A stretch of DNA of 64,000 nucleotides, from assembly GCF_009914755.1 (NCBI RefSeq), contig NC_060927.1. One strand, written 5' to 3'. The position numbers were made by a program, and so were the translations under genes. This document shows, in pieces, positions 12,680-29,337 of this stretch; within the stretch, counting starts at the first letter, position 1; each line of letters starts with the position of its first letter. The notes under the pieces are model-generated. The model saw only the letters and a list, made by a program, of their open reading frames with translations. It was not told where the DNA came from and ran no database searches. This DNA is from the human T2T-CHM13v2.0 reference genome, Homo sapiens.

Positions 12680-14700
12680 CAGTCATTCCTTGGAGATATC
12701 GCAGGTTCAGTTCCAGACCACCACAATAAATTGAATATTGTGATAAGCAAGTCACATAAATTTTCTGGCTTCCTAGTGTATGTAAAAGTTATGTTACATG
12801 CCAGGCATGGTGGCATGCACCAGCTACTTGGGAGGCTAAATTGGGGGTATCACTTGAGCCCAGGAGTTTGAGACCAGCCTTGGCAACATAGTGAGACCCT
12901 GTCTCTACAAAAAATTTAAAAAATTATTTGCCAGGCATGGTGATGCATTCCGGTAGTCTCAGCTATAGGCTGAGATGGGAGGATTTCTGGGCCCAGGAGG
13001 TCAAGGCTACAGTGAGCCATGATCATGCCACTGCACTCCAGCCTGGATGACATAATGAGACCCTGTCTCCAATAATAAAATACCAGTCATCTGAGCCTTC
13101 ATCGAGTCATAATCCTTTTGCTGGGGGAGGGTCTTCCTACCTGTAAGAAGCAAATCCTCATCTGTTCAAGTTTGATCATGAGATTGAGCCACTTAGTCTC
13201 ATCTTCAGGCTCTACTTCTAGTTCTAGTTTTCTTGCTATTTCCACCACCTCTGCAGTTACTTCCTGCCTGAAGTCTTGAACCCCTTAAATTCATCCACGA
13301 AGGTTGGAATTAACTTCTTCCAAACTCCTGTTAATGTTGATATTTCTACATCCTCCCATGGATCACAAATTTTCTTGATGACATCTAGAATAATGAATTT
13401 TTCCCAGAAGGTTTTCAATTTACTTTGCCCAGATCCATCAGGGGAATCACTATATATGACAGTTTATGAAATGTGTTTTTGTATAATAAGACTTGAAAGC
13501 CAAAAAATTATTACTTGATCCATATGCTGCAGAATAAATGCTAGACTTTCAGAGGGCAAATGAGAATTGGCTTCATCTTAAAGTCACCAGTTGCATTAGC
13601 CCCTAACAAGGGAGTCAGCCTGTCCTTTGAAGCTTTAAAGCCAGGCATAGACTTCTCTTCCTCTCTAGCTACAAAAGCCTTAGAAGATATCTTCTTCCAA
13701 TGGAAGAAGATCTGTTTTACTTACATTGAAAATCTGTTGTTCATTGTAGCCACCATCATCAATGATCATAGCTAGATCTTCTGGCTAACTGACTGCAGCT
13801 TCTACATCAGCACTTGCTGCTTCACCCTGTACTTTTATGTTATGGAGATACAACTTCTTTCCTTAAACCTCATGAATCAACCTCTGCTAGCTTCAAACTT
13901 TTCTCATGGAGCTTCATCACGTCTCTCTGCTTTCATAGAATTGAAGAGAGCTGGGGCCTTTCTCTTGATTAAGCTTCGGCTTAAGGGAATGTTGTGGCTG
14001 GTTTGATCTTCTATCCATACCACTCCAACTTTCTCCATATCAACGAGAAGGGTGTTTCACTTTCTTATCATTCATGTGTTCCCTGGAAGTAATTTTCTTC
14101 AAGAACTTTTCCTTTGCGTTCACAATGTGGCTAAGTTTTTGGCTCAAGAGGCCTAGCTTCTGGCCTGTCTTGGCTTTCCATATGCCTTCGTCACTAAGCT
14201 TAATAATTTCTAGCTTTTGCTTTAAAGTGCGATGTGAGACTCTTCCTTTCACCTGAACACTTAGAAACCATTGTAGGGTTATTAATTGGCCCAATTTCAA
14301 TATTCTTGTGTCCCAGAAAATAGGGTGGCCCAAGGAGAGGGAGAGAGATGGGGAAAGGCTTGTTGGTGGAGCTGTCAGAACACACATAGCATTTATTGAT
14401 TAAGTTCAATGTCTTATATGGGCATGGTTTGTGGCACCTCAAAACAATTATAATAGTAACATCAAAGATCACTGACCATAGATCACCATGACAGATATAA
14501 TAATAAGGAAAAAGTTTGAAATACTAATAATAAGGAAAAAGTTAGAATTACTAAAACGTGGCACAGAGACATGATGTGAGCACATGCTGTTGGAAAAATG
14601 GCACCAATAGACCAATGCAGGGTTGCCACAAACCTTCAATTTGTAAAAACCATAACACACAGCTCAATAAAGTAAAGCACAACAAAACAAGGTATGCCTG
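12680..14700 (-). mobile_element. Tigger1 with internal deletions, both TIRs present, nested in Blackjack
   Basis: 'cagtcattccttggagatatcgcaggttcagttccagacc' ... 'aaacaaggtatgcctg|ta'; minus ORF fragment LKQKLEIIKLSDEGIWKAKTGQKLGLL is the Tigger1 transposase N-terminal HTH. Confidence 0.93.
12799..13080 (+). mobile_element. AluJ inside Tigger1
   Basis: Dimeric Alu with J diagnostics 'cacttgagcccaggagtttgagaccagcc' and 'aggtcaaggctacagtgagccatgatc'. Confidence 0.9.
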
Positions 14701-15069
14701 TACTCAGTCATGAGCAGTTAGGGACAGATAACTCCTGGTCTCAGGTGGTGGTAAAAGAGATATTCTATGCTGCTGGCCCTGCCAGACAGTCTATCAGCTT
14801 GTGCCACTCTCTATAAATGCACAAAGTCAGCAAGTCACTAAGTTGGTGGAAAACGTGGGAAATTATGGGTTAGGTACATATAAAGTATGTACAGAAGACA
14901 GAAGACAAGAAGTCCTGCCATAGAACTTACTGTGTAGTCTGAATGCTGCAATTGTTTTGCCATTTATTGAATTGAATGGCATAAATCCAAATAAATCCAT
15001 GACTATTTTGTTGTTCTGCAATGCTTTTTTATTTTACAATAAACCCTTTCAATAGCAGTGACCTCAAGG

Positions 15070-17200
<2,131 letters not shown>

Positions 17201-18479
17201 ACACTGTGATATGGTATTAGAGACAAGGTATATCTAGGAAATACAGTGAAGTATGTTACTGCATACCAAGAATAATTATTCTTATGTGATTAATTTTCAA
17301 AGGATCGATATGAGTAAGTCTTTTTACATTTTGCCTTAGTAAATATGAATATGTTATTTTTATTTTTGGAAGCAATTTTATTTATAAAAATAGTTTTTGA
17401 ATAGAACTATTATATCTTATAAGTTCAATAATAATGAAACTAATTTTTCATTCAACAAATATTTTTAAAACTATATAGTTTTAATTATTTTTCACAATCC
17501 CTTTTATTTTTAGAAGTGTCCTGGTCTGTATGATAAATTATATAGTCACCTTAGTTAGGGCAGTGTCACCTTGAAGAAGCGAATCTAAGGCACAGGGCCT
17601 GAAATTTCTGGGTGCCCAAGCCAGCTGGGAGCCCCTCTGAAGAAGTTAAGCCTCAGAAGTACAAATGCTCAGCTCCTACCTGTACTGAGGTTGTCTGCAT
17701 TTAAAACATTTGCTGACTAAAGATTTCCTTGGTGCACAGCTCTATCATGAGAAGAGGTGGATAAATACTCATCTCATGCTCCCTCAGACTTGATTCTCAA
17801 TCTACAGTTTGTGTAGGTCACACAACCCTGAGCGCCTCATCAATTGAAGAGCAGGTGTTGGACAGGTCTGCCCTTCCTGTGTGGGTGCTTCTGTGGAAGG
17901 CAAGGAGAATGGGAGGAAGTAGGCCAATGAAAAACAGGCAAGAGTCCCTTGAAAACCCTGCCTTGAAAACTTGGGCCAAAAAGAAAGAGCATGAGGGCCA
18001 AATAGAAGGGAAAAAAAAACCATGGGAACTTGATCTTTGCTGATGGTTTTTGAGTTTAGTTTGAAAGTGATTGAGGAGGGGAAGGGGAAATTCACAGTTT
18101 TGCTCAGAAGCCATTTGACTTCAAAGGTCTTGCTACACAAATCACATATGACTCCAATGCTTTCTCAACTACAAAAAGTCAGAAGGTCTTTCACTGAATG
18201 GAATGGTATGTCCTGCTCCACCCTGAAATAGCAGAGTTCAAGGGCTCTTAGCACTTTCCATTTCTCATGGTTTCTGGCTCTCAGAAGTGGAAACTCTGGG
18301 ATAAGATGGGTTATAATTCCTATTAAGGAAAAAAAAACATTTTAGCTAAAGCTAAATCCACAAGAAAATTATATAAATCACATATAATTCCTATTTTAAA
18401 GGAAAGGAAAACTAAAATACAGTCTTCACCATGTCATTTCCATAAAATTATTCCAATTTCCCTTAAAAACAACTTCTGA

Positions 18480-19860
18480 GATACACTTTTTCTAGGCTTT
18501 TCATAATATAAACCAATCAACCTCTGCATCTTATGTTTCCTTTACTCTTAGACATGATCTTTCTCTCTTGTCACCTGGCCCTCTCACTGTTTCTCAAATA
18601 CTCATGCCCTTCTCTCTGTCCCCAACTAGAAACCCCTCCAACAACTTTGCTTCTAGAATCTAAACACTACCCTTTCTTCAAGTATCAACTCCAATCTCTC
18701 TTCTGCCATGGAGTCTTCTCAGTCCACTCCAGTTCACCACGATTTTTCATTTTGGAGAATTTACAGCACTTTTTAACAAGTCACTTCACCTTTGGGCATT
18801 CTCATTTCCTTATCTGCAAATGGTGACATCATCCACTTCATGCGGTTTGGGAGGACTGAATGAATGACACAAATAGCCCTGTGGTTGGCCATAGTAATTA
18901 TCAATCACTGTTTGCCATTGCGTTTGGGGATAGAGTGATATTATAATATGGAGGGACAGAGTGAAATTATGGAGAAAATCCTTTGGGTCTGCCAGCATTG
19001 GGTTCCAACATCACTTAACCCCCTGAGTTTATAAAATGCAAATAATAATTTTTATCACATAGAGTATGGTGAAGACCAAAGAAGAGAATGTAGATAAAGG
19101 TCTTCCTGGCCTTAGCACACTCAGTGTTGTCCCCCTGCCCATTTCCTTAAAGGCAATTGATTCATTTACTCATTTCCTGAACATTTATTGAGAGCTTAGG
19201 ATACAACTGTGAACAAGACATAAACAGTTTCCCCTTCCATGACATAGCAATGGCAGTGTCCTGATGGGGACTCTCAGGAAGTATATAGGAAAGGCACGTG
19301 ATCTAAACTTGGGAGGTCAGGAAATCTGGGAGCTGAAGAAGGGTAGGGATTGGTGTGACTGGAAACGGGGGCGATTGTGGTTGTGCATTCTAGGAGAGTC
19401 ACACTGCACATGCAGAGGCCTACATGTGGAGGGTCCGGACATATGTAAGTTCAACATAGCTGGAACACAATGTGGACAAGATGAGGCAGGAGAGGTCATG
19501 TACCCATAGATATGTGTGGTCTTTTAGTGTTTGCAAACATGGTCCACTCTAATCCTCAAAACAACCCAAAGAGGGGGTCAAGGCAGGAATAGTCATCTTC
19601 ATTTTAAAGATGAGCAAACAAAAGTTCACAAGGATTGAATGACTAGTCCAAGCTCAAAAGCTAATTAAAGGTGAAGTCTTGTGACAGTTCCTAGGCTGCT
19701 ATCTGGATCATTATTAAACTCTTATTTTCTTGATTTCAAGCTAGGTGACAAGAGTATTAAGACCAATCATGTTTTAAAATTTTATTTTTGCATCCCTCAC
19801 AGTGCAAGTCACCTAGTAGGTGTTCAGTAAATGTGTGCTGATGTTTGCATGAATTGACTC
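18480..19860. mobile_element. Cluster of degraded L2 and MIR fragments
   Basis: 'cctttcttcaagtatcaactc' (L2), 'ctcatttccttatctgcaaatgg' (MIR), 'ttcatttactcatttcctgaacatttattgag' (L2 end), 'tagtaggtgttcagtaaatgtgtgctga'. Confidence 0.6.
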
Positions 19861-20487
19861 ACTTTCTATAACTTAATGAGAAGAGACACAACAAATCATA
19901 ACCAGGTACAGCAGATATACAGATTCTAAAATACATGGGTTAAAATTAAGTCCTGTTGGAAACCGTTACAGTGTCTCTGCATTGTAGCTAAATAATAGGT
20001 ACATAAATGATGCTACATCCATACGCTATTATGCAGCCATGACACTGATGTGGATAGAGCTTTATGATATATTAAAGGGGGGAGAGCAAAGTACAAAATA
20101 GTGTATTTTAGTATTTTATGGGTTCATATGTATACCAAATTGGGTGGCAGAAGAAGAATAGACTATATTACTTGTTTATATATAGACCATCTCTTAAAGA
20201 AAACTCAACAACTGGTAATAGATATTGCCCTGAGGAGGGGAACTGCATGGCGGAGGGATACTGGTAAGAGAGAATTTTATTGTATACCTTTTTGAGCCAT
20301 TTTATTGTATTATCCATTTTTAAATTATAACAAATTTTAAATATTTTCTATTGGCAGCTCTGATTTCACTGTTTTCTTGTTTTTTTTTTCTTAGAGATTT
20401 TGATTTCCTATGAGATCTAAACAGAAACTAGTCTTGTAGGCTAGGTTTTGTTTTGTTTTGTTTTTTGCATAGGGTTTAATTTCAAAG

Positions 20488-21100
20488 GCGGTGGTTTGCT
20501 GGTAAATGTTTAACACCTGGCTCCGTAAGTAGTTTCGCTTTGAATATTGGTTGGTATTTTTGTTTATGTTAATGAATAAGATGAAAGTAAAATGAGGAAG
20601 ATATCTATCAGAACCTCATTCATCAATGATGTGAGCAATTTCTTTGCTAAATTGTGTAATGGTTTTCAAATACCAAAAAAAATTTATTGGTTTTTGTGCT
20701 AGTCACAATGTAATAGAGATTTTAAATTATTACCATTTTCTCTATCATGTTCTTAAGTCTAGTCAATCAACAAAATAATAAATTCCACCTTGAGTTTTGT
20801 CTTTTGCCAATTTCCATCATGTAAATAGTCCCACCAAGGCTGATTTTGAGCTACCAATGTTACATCACTGGAAGTAGAATTAAGAAGAAACAAAATAACT
20901 TTAAAAGCCTAGGTGTTAGTAAAATGTAGTAAAATAATTAGTAAGCAATGAATTTTTACAATGTTTTCAACTTTGTTTTTAATATCATATATTTAATTGA
21001 AAGTGTATATTATTTAATTTGTATAACAACCGTGTTTAGCTTTTAAAAACCTAACAAGCAGCTCTTATGAGCCTGCACAAGTAAGCTCCAACACACTCCT
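20488..21100 (-). mobile_element. MER63 (C/D-like) hAT-Blackjack non-autonomous element
   Basis: Ends 'gcggtggtttgctggtaaatgtttaacacctggct' and 'gagcctgcacaagtaagctccaacacactcctg' match MER63 termini (CAGTGGTGTGCTGG). Confidence 0.7.
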
Positions 21101-21686
21101 GCTCCTGTGGGAGAGAAGGCCACCTTTGGCTGATAGAACATTCCAGAATATTTTCCTACGGTAGGAGCATATTAGGAATGAATTTAAATAAAAGGGTACC
21201 AGCATTTAGCTGACAAAGAAGAACCTTCTGACTTTACCCTGAATAAAGAGAAATACTTAATAATTCATGTTGATCACAAATCAAATCTCAACACCAAGCA
21301 GTTGAAAGAGCAAGAGGGCAAGAAAGAAAGAAAGACAAGAGAGAGAGAGAGATGCCTTAGTATTCCTTTCAGCTCAAACATTCTAATAATTTAAGGCTTT
21401 ATATTCCAAGTACTGTCTTTGTACCTCAGACAAGTTACTTGGCCTCTGAGAGTCTTTTCATTTCTTCATCTGTAAAATGGGGAGATATGATTGTGAGAAA
21501 AAAAATGATATTGGTGGTTCATCAGAAACAAACCAATGACCATCAGCAGGTGAATGAATAAACAAATTGTGATTAACCATATGATGGACTACTATCCAGC
21601 AACAAAGACGAATGGACTCTGGATACACACCACATGGATAAATATCACACTCCTTTAACTTGAGTGAGTTAAAGAAGCCAGACCCA

Positions 21687-21981
21687 GGCCAGGCGTGGTG
21701 GCTCACACCTGTAATCCCGGCACTTTGGGAGGCCAAGGTGGGTGGATCACGAGGTCAGGAGTTTAAGACCAGCCTTACCAACATGGTGAAACCCCGTCTC
21801 TACTAAAAATACAAAAATTAGCTGGGCATGGTGGTGTGTGCCTGTAATCCCAGCTACTTGGGAGGCTGAGGCAGGAGAATGCTTGAACCCGGGAGGTGGA
21901 GGTTGCAGTGTGCCAAGATCACGCCACTGCACTCCAGCCTGGGCGACAGGGCAAGACTCCATCCCAAAAAAAAAAAAAAAA
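21687..21981 (+). mobile_element. AluS (Sg/Sc-like)
   Basis: Full dimer with 'ggatcacgaggtcaggag' and poly(A). Confidence 0.95.
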
Positions 21982-22032
21982 GAAGAAAAGAAGAAGAAGA
22001 AGAAGAAGAAGAGGAAGAGGAAGAGGAAGAGG
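21982..22032. repeat. (GAA)n/(GAGGAA)n microsatellite in the Alu tail
   Basis: (GAA)7 at 21990-22010 followed by GAGGAA units. Confidence 0.9.
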
Positions 22033-23003
22033 CCAAAAAACTGTACATACTGTGTGAATCATTTCTATAAAATTCTAGAAAATGCAAACAAATGTATGGT
22101 AACAGAAAGCAAATATATAGTTGCCTGTGGGGAGGAATGGGAAAGAAGGATGACAAAGGAATACAAGGAGACTTTGGGAGGTAATGAAATGTTTGTTATT
22201 TTGATTGTGTTGTTGGTTCCATGTATCAAAATTTATCAAATTGTATTCTTTAAATAGTGCAGGTTATTGTATGTCAGTTATACTTCAATAAGCTATAAAA
22301 GGTAGGAGAAACCAAAAAGCAGATTTTTACTCCATAATTTTGAGTTCCTAGTGAATCTTGTCATTTAAGAAGTCACTAAGAGTTATGAATTTGTTTTCTT
22401 TGGCAATCCTTTTTCACTATGAAGGGAATGTAAAGTTTTCAAATGGTTTGTGCTCTTATCATGTCCCATGAGACCAATTCACAGGCAAAGGATCATAAGC
22501 TATCATGTTTCAGACACTCAAAGACTTACATGAAGGTGTAGTGTGTGTTCATTGTTTCAATTCGTGACTACATGCTATGATCTCTTCTCTTTTCACAGAG
22601 ATGTCCACCTTTATACAAGTTTAGCAGTTTTGCAAACTGTTATTTGCCAAAATACAGACCTAGTTTCTGGGAGAAGGTAAAAAAAAAATATATGACTAGC
22701 TTAAATGACAAAACTGGCTGTAGTCAGTGTTTCTATTAAAGGTTCAGTAGAGATAGGTAGATAGATAGATGAGATAATTTTATGTTCTTGAAGTGATATA
22801 TAAACATGGTACATATTTAAATACAAAACAGTATGTGGGAAAAACCTGAGTCATACACCCCTGCCATTTCTGGCCATTCCCTAATGGTGACCAATGTTAA
22901 GAGGTTTTTACTACCTTTCTAGATATACATGGAATTATGCATTCGTATATTCTTCTCCTTCCCCATTAAAAAACAAAACAAACAAACAAACAAACAAAAA
23001 CCC

Positions 23004-23069
23004 CAGCAATCTCTGTTTTAACAAGCCTTCCATGTAATCCTGGTGCACACTGAAGTTTGAGAACCACTG
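23004..23069. mobile_element. MER5A fragment
   Basis: 'tttaacaagccttccatgtaatcctggtgcacactgaagtttgagaaccactg'. Confidence 0.75.
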
Positions 23070-23236
23070 ACGTTTATAGACTGAATTATGTCCCCCACCA
23101 AATTCTGCGTTGAAGCCCTAACCCCCACTGTGACTGTAATTGGAGATACGGGTTATTACAGAGGTATTAAGGTTAAATGATGTCATAAGGTGGGGCCCTA
23201 ATCCCATAGGACTAGTGTCCTTAAGAAGAAAGAAGA

Positions 23237-23690
<454 letters not shown>

Positions 23691-24779
23691 TTAGGGAAAG
23701 CCATGTGAGGACACAGTGAGAAGGTGATGTCTACAAACCAGGAAGAAAGGCCTCAAGAGAAACCAACCCTCCCCTGGCACCTTGATCTTGCATTTCCAGC
23801 CTCCAGAACTGTGAGAAAATAAGTTCCTATTGTTTAAGCCACCCAATCTGCAGTATTCTGCTATGACAGCGCATGCAGACTAATACCCTGACCTTACATA
23901 ATTGTATCCTTCTGGGTTGTATCAGTTGTGAAAGGTGGACATCTTTGTCCAAAATTCCCGAGGCAGAAATTACAAAGCCTGGTTCTGAGCTAGAAATGAG
24001 GATGAAGGATGGAAGACAAGGGACAAATGAAGGGAGAAAACTCAGATGACATTTCAATTGGTCATCCCAGCTCATGTATTATTCATTTACTACTTGAAAC
24101 TATAAAACATATGAATTTATAATATATCAAACTTGTGAAACCTCACCACTCATAGATAACTACTTAACACATTGATATATCACTGAAGGCAATGGGACAT
24201 TTTAAAATTTTATTTAATATTTTTATATGCAAAGATTCAATATTTTCTTTTCTCAACAGTGATCCTACCTTATATAATTTTGTATGTGTATTTTTTCACT
24301 AAAGTATATCTAAAGCATTTTCCCCACGATGGGGAGGAAGTTGGATCCACCAGTTGGTGGGGAGGAGAGGAGGTCACAAAGCTTTGGAGATGGGTCTTGA
24401 AGGTGACCCAGGGTCTGGGCTGGATCTGCAGTTGTCCAAAATAGTCAGGCAGCTCTGAGCAAGCTGTTCTGAATCTAGGGCCGTTACACACTTGGAAGTC
24501 GGCGAGGATTTGGCCTGATACCGGCACATCCATTCTCACTTTGCAGGATCCTTGTTGGTGAGCTGTAGAGTTCAGGGGCTGGGTCCAAATTCAGGAAGGA
24601 AGAGTGGCAACAGCTAGGTAGGGGTACCAGTCCCAGGCCCTAAGAGTGCTTATTTATGAGTAAGGTGGTTGTGAGAAAAGAAATAAGGAGAAAGAAGGAG
24701 CAAAAGAGAGAGATGAAATATAGAGTGGCAGAGACAGAGAGACATAAACAAAGAAACTCCTGGATACCCCTTCCAGTCA

Positions 24780-25420
24780 CATCCATCAACATCCACCCCG
24801 ATTAAGGTTAAGCCTAGACTTAGTCTAGGCTGGATTAGGAAAGTAGTGGTAGGGATGGAGAGGATGCGGTGGATTCCAGAAATAATCTGTAGATAAAATT
24901 GGTCTAACATGGTGACTGGTGGGGAAGGAAAGGGAGAAGTACAAAGAAGTTTCCCAACCTTCTCTGCCAAGAATCATCTGGAAGGCTTGTAGACCTACAG
25001 AATTCCCAATGCCTTCCCTGGATATTCTAATTTAATAAGTCTGAGGCAGGGCCCAGGAATCTGTGTGTCATTCTTATTGTGGGAAGAATGACTTCCGGGC
25101 CTCTGGCTTAGGTAACTGGATAGCAGCAACATAATTAACTGACTTCAGTTTTAGAGATAATAAGTTTAAAATGCCTTTGGAGCATCAAAATCATGGTGAC
25201 TAAATCTGTTGAGCATTTACCTTAAATGCACTATTTAATTTAATTTATGTACCATTCTTCTGAGGAAATTACAGTACTATGATGTACTCACTTTGCAAGC
25301 GAAGAAACTGAGCTCTAGAGACATTAAATTATTTTTCATTATTTAGATAGCTATTAAAGGGCAGACTTGGGTTTTAAACCTAGGCACATCTTATCCCAAA
25401 GTCTTTAGCCTTTTTAACTA
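24780..25420 (-). mobile_element. L2 fragment with MER5 insert, followed by MIR
   Basis: 'gtagtggtagggatggagagg..ggattccagaaataat' (L2); 'gattctaatttaataagtctgaggcagggcccaggaatctg' (MER5); 'gaagaaactgagctctagagacattaaatt' (MIR). Confidence 0.55.
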
Positions 25421-25756
25421 TGCTTTATTGGGTGTACTTTTAGGTAGTATTACCTGAGTCAAATTACAGATTAGGGCTGAAGATAATGTTTGAAAGCAAA
25501 AATTTGTTTCAGATTGCCCAAGGGAGCTTGCAGAGAGAGGAGAGTATTGGGCCAATGATGGAGCTTTGTTCCTGTTGGAAACGGAACGGGCAGAGGATGA
25601 AAGGCCTTGAGGTTCTTGGAGATTCAAGGAGAACCAGGAGACAAGTGTCTTATAAACTAAGCAATTCAATTCTGAATTGCCAGTAAGAGTGAATTTAAAC
25701 TCATCAGAGAGTTCCAGTAAAATAAATTATCCATTGACTTTGGTGACGGAGTATAA

Positions 25757-26056
<300 letters not shown>

Positions 26057-26137
26057 TAATTTTTGATCTTCGCCAGGAAGGTGTGGGGAGAAGCCCAGTC
26101 TCTGAAGATTAAGGAGTGAAAAGATGAGGAAAGGGAT

Positions 26138-26636
26138 TGTTAACTAAAAAGTTACTCAATGATACTTATTAAAGATGGTAGGGAAGACTTTATTCAGGAC
26201 CATTGTGATAGACTTTATTCAGGCACCTCTACAATGGGGTCTTGCAGGAAGGGAGAGACATTGGTCTCAACTCCAAGTACAGCATGGGCAAGTGGGAATT
26301 TATAGCCAAGGAGCAAGGTGGGGGTCAGTGGACGGGAAATTACTAAGAAGAAACTTCAGGGGGATTCTGACTAAACGAACTTAAAAGGATTCTTGCTGAA
26401 GTCAGATCAGAGTGACCAGGCATCACCTGGGGGATGGTGGAGGATGAGGGACCCATCAGATATCAAGGGTGATCAGATATTGGGTGGTGCAGGGGAGTAG
26501 GGGGGCAGGGGCAGGCCTTGCTAAACTGACTTAGCAGGGCTCTTTGCTAAAACTGGGTTTTACATGGAAATACACAGATGGGCCTAGGAGAAGCTTCAGG
26601 AGCTTGATTAAGGTTTGGTTAAGCAAAGACTCTTCA
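26138..26636 (-). mobile_element. ERV1 solo LTR (MER31A-like)
   Basis: rc start 'tgaagagtctttgcttaaccaaacc...tcctaggcccatctgtg...ccagttttagcaaagagccctgctaagtcagtttagcaag'. Confidence 0.75.
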
Positions 26637-27254
26637 GGAGATAGTGACTGAATACCAGCTTTCCAAGGGGCTCAGCTATAACAGAATAATCCCGGAAAGT
26701 TATATATTTGTTAACGGCACTCATCTCTAAGTAATATGATTATTACTTAATTTCCTGGCTTCTTTTTTTCTCCTTGAGGCTGAAGGATGCCTTGAGCCTT
26801 AGGAACCATTGTTTTGACTGAGAAGGGGCAGGGCTGGAGAAGGGGCAATTTGTGGAAAGCAAGGTTTCCCTTATGTAGCCTGTGGTGGATGTGAGCAGAT
26901 AAACTGTGGTCCTACCTTCACCTGGGGGCAGACAAGCTAAGGAAACTAAAAAGAACATGCAATATCTTTTTTAAAACATGTAATTTCAACTTTAAAAAGT
27001 AACCACGTGTTGATTATAAAGTTTTTTAATAGGAAATTTATTTAAGAACAAGTTTGAGATTCAAGGGCAAAAAGGACGTAAAACTATGCCCAGAGGGGCT
27101 TTGTAGTGAAGTTTTTCAAGCTGGGACTACTTATGCCTACTGACAGATGGAGGGAAAAGAGGGTGGAAAAGCAAGGTTTCCTTAGATCAGGATGTCAAAG
27201 GAGCAATCAAGCTGGGAAAACTGGAGCCTGGGAGAGAGAGGAAGCCAGACCTTA

Positions 27255-27830
27255 GGAATTACCATCCCATCACCTGTGGACAATCCCTCTAACATTTTTG
27301 GTCTCTACTTCTAATCTGTTTTCCACATATTTATGTAAAGTGTTTTCATTACACAACTGATCATCATTTTGCAATGTAATTTTTTTACTTAATATTATGT
27401 TTTATCATGTTGTTAAATATTATTTTAAAATCATATTTCAGTGTCTAATGATCCCTTATGTAGATGCTACATTTTTAGGGCTAGCAAAACATATTTTCAG
27501 ATTACTCTCTAGAAAAAGCATAACCATTTCTTTCCCACCAGAAATATATCAGTCTCACTTCACCACACTCTCACAAGCTGTTGTGTTATCATTTTTCTCC
27601 ATCACTGCCAATTTGACAGGGAAAATAGGGTGTGGAGATGTAGATTTTAATCTGCATTTATTTGATTATCTTCAACTTTAGCCATTTTCATGGCTTTATT
27701 AGTTACGTATTATTTCTGCTTTAAAATGTTCATGTCCTTTGCCCTTCTATTAAGATAATTTTGCTTTTATTAATTTGAAATAACTTTTTAATAGCAAAAA
27801 CATTAATATTTGCCATCTTGATCACATGTT
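27255..27830 (-). mobile_element. Old L1ME fragment
   Basis: 'tttcccaccagaaatatatc', 'ttttaatctgcatttatttgatta', 'ttcatgtcctttgccc'. Confidence 0.6.
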
Positions 27831-28214
27831 TTTAATAAAAAAATTTTCCAGGCACAGTCAAACTCTAAATATCATATTGTAGCTATTGTAGTGTGATGAA
27901 TGACAATATTTGCAAATACCTGTATATGTTTTTCTTTGCTGACTATATGTTTTAAGTACCAGTAGGCATTATTATCATCATCATCATTATCATGCTTCAT
28001 TTACTTCAGGTATTCTTTTATTTAATTTTTACTTGAACTAAAGATTTTCAACTATTATTGCTGTGTGGCATTTCACTAATGCCAATAAAAAGTGAGTTTC
28101 TTCATGGAATACCCAGGGTTGAGAAGTGGGCAATGGATGAGCTGTACTGCTTTTCTGTAAAAGATCTAATTCCTTCCATGAATGAAAATGAAAATAACCT
28201 CAACATTTCATAGT

Positions 28215-28430
28215 GACTAGGAGTGGCTACAGGCTTTGGAGCCAGAAAGCCCTTACTCCGCATTTACTAACAACAATGTATCCGTGGGCTGTGCTTCCTC
28301 TCTGAGTTTCAGTTTCTTCCTGTGTAAAATGGGAATGCTAAGCAGAATTTTTGTGAGAGTTCAAAGAAAGGATGCATAGACAGTGTTTAGTTCTAGGCCT
28401 GACACATGACAAGTGCCCTGTAAGTGGTGC
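28215..28430 (+). mobile_element. MIR
   Basis: 'ggctttggagccagaaag...ctctctgagtttcagtttcttcctgtgtaaaatggg...gcctgacacatgacaagtgc'. Confidence 0.8.
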
Positions 28431-29072
28431 CATTCTTGGTTTGATTTGATGCCATGCCACTGCAGAGAGGAACCCCTCATGCTATGACATGCTGTTTTTA
28501 ATGTGATTCTGCTTTTCAAGCATCTTTTAAAAATCCGAACAACCACCAGCCCTCTTAAGTTCCATTCTACACATAGATCTAACTTTGATTCTTTTATGGT
28601 ATTATGATAAAATAATACATGTAGAACCTAACTATTATTTCCTGGTCATCAGCTCAGTGATAGTTTTTCTGATAAGGGACCTGGATAAACGGATTAGTTA
28701 CCACTTAACAACATAAAAAGAAAATACTATGTGATTAAATAAGTTAGTACATGCATAAGAAACTTCCAAATATTCAAAGATACCAAGAGAACTTAGGTGT
28801 TGGTGAGTATGGAAAAGTAAAAATAAAACAGGAGAGCTGCTTCATCTGCCCATAAAAAGAGAAGAAATAAGTCTGAGATTCTCATAGCTATTGCTGATGG
28901 ATGGGGAAGCATTTGTTCTTATGTAGGAACCCAACATTAGAAGTCTCATGGCAAATTGTAGTTGCCTAAAATGCAAAAAAAAAAAAAATAAAAATAAAAT
29001 AGTAGCCAGCTTTTGATTAGTGGTTTGGTTTAAATTCTGTCAATGAGTTAAAATGGTACTATTTAATAATTC

Positions 29073-29337
29073 AGCTGGGTGAAGTGGCTCACGCCTTAAT
29101 CCCAGCACTGTGGGAGGCCAAGGGGGGATGATTGCCTGAGCCTAGGACTTCAAGACCAGCCTGGTGACATAGGGAGACTCCATCTCTATAAAAAACAAAA
29201 AACATTAGCCGGGTGTGGTGGCTGCACCTGTAGTGCACCCTCCAACTACTTTGGAGGCTGAGGCGGGAGGATTGCTTTGATTGTGCCGCTGCACTCCACT
29301 CTGGGTGACAGAGTGAGATCCTGCCAAAAAAAAAAAA
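29073..29337 (+). mobile_element. AluJ with internal deletion in the right arm
   Basis: Dimer; 'ggaggattgctttga|ttgtgccgctgcactcc' lacks about 35 bp. Confidence 0.88.

Larger units (their letters stand above)
21522..22300 (+). mobile_element. Old L1M (MD/ME) 3' end interrupted by an Alu
   Basis: 'ccatcagcaggtgaatgaataaacaaattgtg' ... resumes at 'tacatactgtgtgaatcatttctataaaattctagaaaatgcaaac'. Confidence 0.75.

Noticed and set aside
21747-22257. ORFs with [13 protein letters not shown] and poly-E/K/S
   Set aside because: Alu-derived translation plus the GAA tail; the same applies to ORFs at 8684, 23349, 25677, 37835 and 54766.
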